Origin: Phallusia mammillata
Lineage: Eukaryota
Length of the DNA: 64,000 nt
Direction of reading: 5' to 3'
Assembly (NCBI GenBank): GCA_965637545.1
Contig: OZ281495.1
Span: 32,674,001 to 32,738,000, forward strand
The position numbers were made by a program, and so were the translations under genes. Shown piece by piece: positions 30,001-39,000 of this stretch (its first letter is position 1; the number at the start of each line of letters is the position of its first letter). The notes below the pieces were generated by a model. The model saw only the letters and a list, made by a program, of their open reading frames with translations, made no database searches and was not told the origin of the DNA.

Positions 30001-33000
30001 TCCCGTTTTTCCTTCATCTCTTCGACACATCGGTTGGCGACGATTTTGAGGACGACGAAGCTGAGGGGAGTTCATTCGTGCTGAAGGACATCGAGATCAT
30101 ACACGGTAGTGACGTAGGTGATGACGTACAGCTCGGAGATGCGGAGGAGAGCAAGAGGAGGAGAGAGGCTCTTGCGAGGAGGAAAGCGAGTTTGAGGTTG
30201 GGGAGCGCTTCACACAAACTCAAGAAGGGAAGAAGAGGTTCGTGGATTGAAGTTGTTTTCTTTTTACTGCCTAAATTTGCTTTTGCTATGAGTGCAATAC
30301 AATACATAGAATCTCCGAGATCGTTGCTTGGTGGATGAAGACTATATGCAACCTTATTCTATTTGAATAAGATAATGATGATGCTGTAAGCGGTTCGATC
30401 ATTTGTGCTTGTGATGTAATACTTGTACATCAAACTTAAATATAGTATCACCAAGAACCTTTAAAACAGGAGTGGGCAACCTGCGGCCCGCGGGCCGCAT
30501 GCGGCCCTTTATTAAAGGTTGTGCGGCCCGCAGAGACGCTTGGATTTCAAAAGTAATGGCAAACGAGTCCAATTATTACATATTTTTGAGCTGATTAATG
30601 CGCCTGGTGCTAGTTTTCTGCGATCTGGCAAAATGTGGATAGAATCAAATACGAATTATACTTGTAGTTATGCATATTTGGTAAGAAACAAAGCAAAATC
30701 ACTTTTTGTCATGCACATGTGCGGCCCGCGATCCAATTTTGACATTCATAATTGGCCCTACAGTAACAAAGGTTGCCCACCCCTGCTTTAAAAGGATACT
30801 GATGATGCCGTGAACACGAAACATGTATATATTAAAATCTCAAGGACGAATGACTTAATGTTTTTTTCATGAACTTGCTCTGACTGTTAACAAATCGAAA
30901 GTCACGTTTTCCACGCTTTGTGGTAATTTGTGGTTTTCCGCAGTTGCTGCAATTGCTGAAGGAAGCGAAGATGAAAATGAGGAAGAGATTTTTGACACTG
31001 ATTCAAGCGACAAACAGAAGACAAGTGGTAAGCAAATTTCTATCCTTCAATTTAAGTTGCTGACATTGATTTGTTTCGTCAAACTCAAATATTACGTCAC
31101 AATGTTTTAGATTCTGACGAGGCTCACGTCAGTGATGACGACACAGAAAGCAAACCGGGAGAAGGCGGAAGTCACGTCATCGTACCGGAAGTCACGTCAA
31201 TGAGGGGAGAGGACCAGGATTTCGGGGGTTTCCCTAGTGAGAAAGTGAAACAAATTGTGGACGAGCTGACGAAAAGAGTTTTTGCGAACTTATACGGAAG
31301 GTGGGTTGAAATAAGCCGAAGTTTTGTTGCAAATCCGATTTAGTGGCGGTCACGCCTGAAGCAGTGGTCCAATTTGTTACCAAGTTCGTTCTTAATTATT
31401 CGAAAACATAACTCACAGAGAACTCGTGTATAGAGTACATTTTAGTGCAGACCTTCCAATTATCGCTGTTGTCACCAAGTTCTTTCTTAAATGTTTGTTC
31501 AGAAGCGCATTAGACTTTTTCTAGGCTACGCTTCGTAGCGTGGGGATGTTTATAAGACGGGCTGCATTTAGTAAGAACTAAGAAGCATTTTACAGGCCTG
31601 GCATATTTTAATCAGTCTGCAAATGTTAGATTGGTTTTACAGTTCTGTTCATCAGTCAGACATACTTTGTTTATTTCCTTTGAAAACTGAGTAATGATTA
31701 CCTTGTTCTGCTCCTTGTGATTCGATTCTTATTTTTCAAGTGTTCATCCCGAGCATCGAATCCTCATCACAACATTGACGCTCCTCAACATCCAGATGGA
31801 TGCGGCCGAACCTCCTTTCACGGAGGAAGAATCAAATCTTCTCGTTCACGGAAATCCCGGATTAGGAGCGGAGACGAAAGTTTCTTTGTCGGATTTTGGG
31901 AGTGATGGTTCTGCTCCTGAGTGGCTCCCAGCGGATCGATGGGAGGACCTCCTCGCATACTCTGTTCTTCCGGGAGCACTGGAGGGGATTTGTGTCCACG
32001 TGGCTGAGGATGAGGATCACTGGAAGAGCTGGTATGAGCTCCAAAATCCAGAGGTAGGAAAAAGCATTTCAATAATCAAACCTTTAAAACGTTTACAAAA
32101 GATACGTGTAAGAAAATGAAATAAGCAGATCATATTTTGTCTTGCAAGAGATACCATTATCCTGACGAAGGCGTCTTGTATAAGACGTAAAATATTTACA
32201 ATAAAACTGCTGGATAAGCAATATTCGGTTAAGCAGGTCAAATGCTTACACAAGATTTTTGAAGGTTTAAGTTGGCTTTTCTTATTAACGTTGATCAAGG
32301 TCTAATTTTAATCCGACTTTTTTGCTTAACAAGTTGATACATTAGTGTCAAAATTTTCCACCACAGAAAGTGAATCTTCCCTCTCCTCCGGATGAAGTTA
32401 AGGATGACAAACCGGAGCTCACCGACTTCCAACGTCTGCTCCTCATCAAAACTCTTCGTCCCGACCGATTCGAACCCGCTCTGTACTCCTACGTCACCAA
32501 GTACATCGGGGAAACCCCCCTACATGACGTAAGTGCTTCTTTAATGCCAAGGGATGACAACTTTTTAAACGCCGCATGATAAATTACCTAAAGGCGTGCC
32601 AATTTTTGTGTGTGAAATAGCAGTTTATTGTGCCAGCTGATTTAAATGGTAATAAAAAGCAGGCAGAACCGTGCGTTTAGGCTGTTTTTTACGACTAATA
32701 TCAAAATAAACTGAAAACCTGCAGTGTATTAGTTCAAAATCTGTCAAAAATTGTCGTCAATCCAACGTAGACGTGTTAAATTCGATTCATTCCATTCAGA
32801 TTGTTTCCACTTCTTCGCCTCCCGTCGACGCCGAGACGCTCTTCCGTGACGTCACAAACACGTTGGGAATTTTGGTGTTGCTTCCTGACGATGACGAACC
32901 GGAAGTGACGTCACGCGTATCCACGCAACCCGCTGACGCAATCAGACGACTTGCAGAAAAGTGAGTGGAATAATCTTGAAATTGTGGTGTACTAAAATGG

Positions 33001-36000
33001 AATTATAACATTCCGGTGTTTTTTGTGAGGTTGTTGAAACTTGGGTAAAGATTAAAAAAGCTGTTGCTGCCAGGCATAATGTATAACCGAGTATTGATCA
33101 TCCAGAAGTTTTATTGTAAATAATCGACGTCCTATTGAGTTTCGGCGTCCTATTGAGTTTCGGTAAAAACTAAAAACTTCTTCTTCCATGTTGGTTTGAA
33201 CTAATTGTCTGTGAAACGTACCTTGCGTTACAGGATCAGTTGGAAAAACCTTATGTTGTCATGAAGGTTGAAGGTAAAGTTAACCACCTCGCCTGAATCC
33301 TAGGCCAAGTTCGGGATCACCTAATTAATTTCAGTTACACTACATCAATCGTATAAACTTTATGTTGTCATGCAGGTTGAAGGTAACCATGGAAACAGTG
33401 ACGTTGGGTGACGGTTACCAACAAGAAGCGACACGCTGCATCGACAGCGCGTTGAGTCAGGACAGCTGGGCTCTAATACATGGATTGCACCTAGCGCCTG
33501 AGAAGTGAGTAATATCTTTAGCTGGCCCTAAGAAACTTTGTGTATTTTGCGATCTTAAAAACTACAGTGCAGCTGCAGCTCGTTCAGCCATTATCCACCA
33601 TTTGTGCCCGACGCTTTTATGCGCCTCATAACGTCTCAACGTTGCGCAGCTCCTTCCGGCTTGGTGATTGTTTTAGTGCAAAAATGTTTTCTTTCACCAA
33701 GCGAAATAAACTCAACGCTTCGGTTTAGATTTTTTGAAGACCTCCAAATTCAACTGGCGCGAGTCGGAAACGTCAGTCGGAACGAAGGAGATAATGGGAG
33801 TACTGTGACGTCACAAGGAGCGCACTTCCAAGTATGGATGACGTCAAAATCTCACGCTTCGTTGCCCTCGCTACTGACGCAATATCTCTACAAAATGTCG
33901 TGGGACTCTCTGCTGCAGCTAGTGGTCGAGGTTTGTCACGTTATGCCAATATTACGTGTCTTAATTCTTTTTTCCTTTGTTTATCGAGCACTGCACTAGT
34001 CGCATTCTGTGTTATTTACCCTGATGAAGGCGACCTGTATAGGACGTCGAAACGTCGTTATAAAAATACAATTGCTAGAAGAGCTCTATAAACTTGATAT
34101 TATGCCTGGCAGCAATAGTTTATATATTACGTGTGTTAGTTGTGTGGAAACGTTTCTATCTAGGATCCCATACACACATATGTAGTCGCTTGGTAACAAC
34201 TGAACTTCGTCTTTATGCAGGACCGTTCGATTGCTGCCTTATCTGCGTCAACTTGTTCAATCCTCAAATCTTGTCTGATCTCAACATTTTCCCAGGTAGG
34301 ATCGCGTTGATCTCATCAACTGACTTAAGCGAAGTTCCTCATTCTCACTTTATGCTTCACAGATATCCACAGAGGTGATGACGTCATGGTCTGAGGTATC
34401 CGGACCATCAGCGTCGCTGCTTTACGCCGTTCCCATCTGCCACGCCTTCCTATTGGCTCGCCAGTGTTTCGGTTGGCATGGTAACCACGAAAACTATCCG
34501 ATCAAAGAGTCGATTCTTAACCAAGCTCTCCTGTTTGTCATCAAAGGTCGGTTTGCAAGTATATTTGTATTTGTGATGTCACTATAGCGGGTGTTTCGTA
34601 TTTTTCGAATCAGACAAAGGTAGTGTGGCGTCACTGAAACAAATCTACACGGACGTCATCACCACAAACACAGACCAGGTAGGTGACGTAATTATAAATT
34701 AGACGTAATTGTCAAGGATTTCATTGCCGATCTAAAATCTCATGCAGATTTTCATGGAGAGATTGTTTGATGACGTCATAGAGCAGATTGGAACTTCGAA
34801 GAATTCCGTGCAAGTAGATCACGTGACTGTGCCCGTTCCCCCTAGCAACGTGCCAGTCAATGGTCAGTAAATGTTAAGACGAACATAAATTCACAACTGG
34901 GATCAGCCCTAAAGCGTTTAGGCGGGTTCACCACTAAGCCTGTGTAGCTCAGTTGGTAGAGCGCGAGTCCCGGAAAGACTCCGGTCGTGGGTTCGAATCC
35001 CACCACAGGCTAAATTTATCTTGGCTGCGCCTTGCTATGTGGTGGTGAATGCTTGGTGACCGGCTGATTCGGTATAGCGCCTTCAATGGGACGAATTATT
35101 TGATGTGGAGTTTAACAACCAAACATATATGCAGCAGTGCGGAAATGTATTTTTTGTTTTTCCCAGACATCGCATCTTGGCTTCGCGAGAATATTCCAGA
35201 TGCTCTTGACGTCACTTCCTCCCTGTCGCTACCCAAGTGCGCCCTCTCGTGGCGAACGTCGCAGAGGGGAGAGAGAATTCTCACGCAGATGCAAAATCTT
35301 TTCAACGCAGTGCAAGAACCAGGTAAATTGTGAAAATCTGATTTCAATAGAGAATTTTTTCCTGATTATCAACAAACGGATTTAGTTTATGGGGTGTCGT
35401 ATCTACTGCTACTTTCATTCAGGGCTGATCACAGTATGAATGTATGTTCATCTTAGCTGATCAATGGCGATCCCCTACTACGAAGCAGACAGGTGCAGCG
35501 TAAGAGGCAGCCAACGGTACTTGTGATTCAACTTTCGGCGGTTTCTCCACTGAGCCTGTGTAGCTCAGTTGGTAGAGTCCCGGAAAGACTCCTGTCGTGG
35601 GTTCGAATCCCACCACAAGCTAGATTTTTTTATCCTATGCCTTGCCATATGGTGATGCTTGGGGGAACAGGTTTAATTGGCACAACGCCTTCAAATGGGT
35701 CTGTCGTACAAACTGCTACTTCGTTTTGTATCATTTTCTTGTACACTTACGACGTAATTTTGCACCCCCAGGTTACGAGTCGACTCTCCTGTCACCGGGA
35801 AGCACCAGTGACGTAAGCAAGCCGACTTTGACCTTGATCAGGTTGCAGAATGTCCTTGACGCATGCGCAGAGAAACTCCCTCCTCTGCTGGAGCTTGGTG
35901 ATGCGAACCAGGGAAGACTGAAAACTTACGACTTTCCATATCACAGACCATCCGTAATAAGCACTGAAGAGACGGGGATGCCTCATATGCCGGAATCTAT

Positions 36001-39000
36001 TGGGTGAGCTCAAGATAAAAGAGATGTTACTGCCGTGGGTTCGAATCCCACCCCTGACACTTGGTAGTGTTATGATCAATCCAAGTCGCTGTTAAACTAC
36101 ATTCTTTTCTGTAATGCTTCTCAGATGTTGCAAGCGTTTTTGTTTAGTTCAGTAACAGAAGCAAAATACAATACAGGAACAAAAATAAAAATAAACTATC
36201 TTACAGGCCTGTGGTGCTGGAGATTTTCCTCACACCATAGCATAACTCAAACTTTTGTTTTACCAAATTCGCCCTTTTCTTGTATATGGCGATGTCCATT
36301 GAAAATTTTAACATGCAAGTCAATAATCCGCTTTATGTCAGTTTCATTGCCTTACATGTGATCTGACATACTGTATTTCATACTCTATATTTTTCACACA
36401 GTTTCGTGCTCCTGCAAGAGTGCATCTGGTTCAATCGTTGTGTGTGTTTGGCGCGTCAGCAGTTGCACGACATACGTTCACACCTGTTCGTGACTTCCGA
36501 CTACCAACTCGCCCCCGATCTGCGTGAGACCGCTGTCGCCCTTTACCACGAAGAAGTTCCCCTCGCATGGTAAGTCACCTGAACATTTAACACTAGTTGT
36601 ATCCAGTGGTGGGATTCAGCCGGTTCGCACTGGTTCTATAGAACCGTCTCACGAAATTTTATGAGATTAGCGAACCGGTTAGCATTACTGGTTACCACTG
36701 GTATTCATGTGTATGCTTCGTTCAGGCAACATCCCAACGAGATCCCCAACACTCACGTGCTGCTCACGTGGTTGGATTACGTCACAAAGAAGTATATGCA
36801 AATGAGGTCGTGGGTCAAGACCGGGATGGTTCCGGTGGACGGGAAAACCCCTGTGGTGAGTATAAACAGATGTAACAAAAATCCAAATGTTAACAGACTT
36901 GATTATAGGAATGGGTCAAATCGGCAGGCTTTCAGTGTTTAGTCCAGTGGTTCTGAACCTGTGGGTATTTACTCTCTACAAATCTGAAAATTTGACATCT
37001 TTCAGGGACTACTGACTATTTCTTCTGACTAGCACACCCATACATTACGTCGTGATGTGTTGATAAAGTAAAGTAGAATCGTAAGTAACCAGCACAGTTA
37101 AATTATTCAGGGCCCCGTTACATCAATTTGGTTGGGCGGCCTCGTCAACCCTGGAGCCCTGCTCATGGCTTTGTGCACCGAAGCAGTGGCCGCACATGAG
37201 ACTACACATGACCAGGTACCATTCTGACATCACAATAGCATTTGTTACGTCTGAATACGTATTATGTTGAACACAATGTTACAGATCCGCATCAGTTGCA
37301 AGCCCGTACGTCATGATAGTGACATCACAGAACACACGGCGGGAATGTATTTGGAAAATGTTCACACCATGAATTGTGTGTGGGATGAAGAGAGAGGTGC
37401 GTGGATGGGAAGGACTCATGTGTTTGGGTTTCGAAAGGGATTTGGCTCGAGCTTGAGATATAGAATATAAAGATGCTAGGGCCAAAACCCTTTCGGGTAT
37501 ATAGCGGTGACTTTTGGTGACAATATCAAAACATCTGGCAGCTGCCGTGGGTACCATGAATTATAACAGACAAAAAATAGACAAGAACGTTACCTTCTCT
37601 TCTTTTTTTCAACTGTTTTAGAAAAACATAATGCGATAAGGATGATCCCAATAATACACACATGTCCATGGTTATTCGACTCCAGCATCTAGAGCATTTT
37701 GCCTCATCTTTTGTCTTGTCGGAAATCAAGATCAGACCCTTAAACTGCACAATCCCTTTTCAACCGACACACTGAGAGACAGACTTGAAATATTTGGTTG
37801 AACAACTCGAGCAAATTTGCTTTAGGTTGCTTCCAGCGAACGAACCAAGATGAACCCGTGTGCGTTCATCCGTGTCCTCGCATGTACTTTTTTCCCACAA
37901 TGCACTCCGAAGAGGAGGAGGAGCAGGAGAAAACGAGCGATGACGTAGTGGAATACCCGGTCTACGTGAACATGGTGGGTGTCAAAATTTCTGAATCTGT
38001 TGTTCATTTCGATTTCTTTCACAACGATAAATCATAGTACGCCAGGCCCATTAAAGGCGTGCGTGTAGCAAATCAGCTGGTCTCCCAAGCATTTCCATAC
38101 AGCAAGGCACAGGCTAGAAAAATGTAGCCTGCGGTGGGATTCGAACCCACGACAGGAGTCTTTCCGGGACTCGCGTGTGCCTAGCTGTATGGAAATGCTT
38201 GGGAGACCAGCTGATTTGGTACACACCTTTAATGGGCCTGGCGTACTATGATTTATCCAAGTATGAATATGTTCATCTTTCACAATGAGTTTAATCTTTT
38301 TAGTCACGTCAGTGCCTTGTGACGTATTTTACCCTCCCATCGAGTGACGTCAGTCGCTACCGACGTCATCCGAAAGAAACAGCGCGAGCGTTCGATTGTG
38401 GATTGATCCTACAGGACGGCCCCGACCTATCACAGCGCGACACGTATAAGTCACGTGCTTACCTGGCGCACAAAAGGCGGGAAGAGTGGTCACGTGTTTC
38501 GCCGGCTGTCAGCGAGTTGATGTCGAGGTCAGGAACCCGGATGTCCTCGGCGAGACACTCGTTATCCGGTGGGTTGGATGATTAATCATGGGTGGAAAGC
38601 AAATTGACGTAGGTTTAAGTGGCACAGTGTGGAAAGCAGACCTAAGCTGGTTCAGACTACGTGTTAAATTTTCGGACAAATTCTGCCCAAAACAGTTTTT
38701 TTCAAAGCTTTGGCGAAGTTGGAGCCAAAATGCTCAGTAGCGCTATTGGATCTAAAATCACAAGAATTCTTCGTAAAACAGAATAGTGTTTCACTGCTAT
38801 TGCACCGTAAGGCAACAAACAGCGACACTGGTAAAGAACTAACTCAGTTTTTCAACAAAATAAGTAACATAAAGTTTAAACTACTTCATTTATTTTTCAG
38901 GTCCGCGTATGTCAGTGACATCACTACCTGTGAGCGTCACAACCGCGTTGAAGTCACAGGTAGCTTCGAGCCAACAAGCAGAAGGTCCAGGGATCGAATC

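Noticed and set aside
33579-33663. Extra dynein exon suggested by the 33604-33999 ORF
   Set aside because: Direct splicing of 33504 to 33729 preserves phase and gives the canonical HL..E/KFF..L alignment; inclusion breaks phase.
34938-35010. Genuine tRNA-Ser(GGA) gene
   Set aside because: No U33, an extra base between the D and anticodon stems, no long variable arm, and it is embedded in a multicopy repeat with decayed copies.
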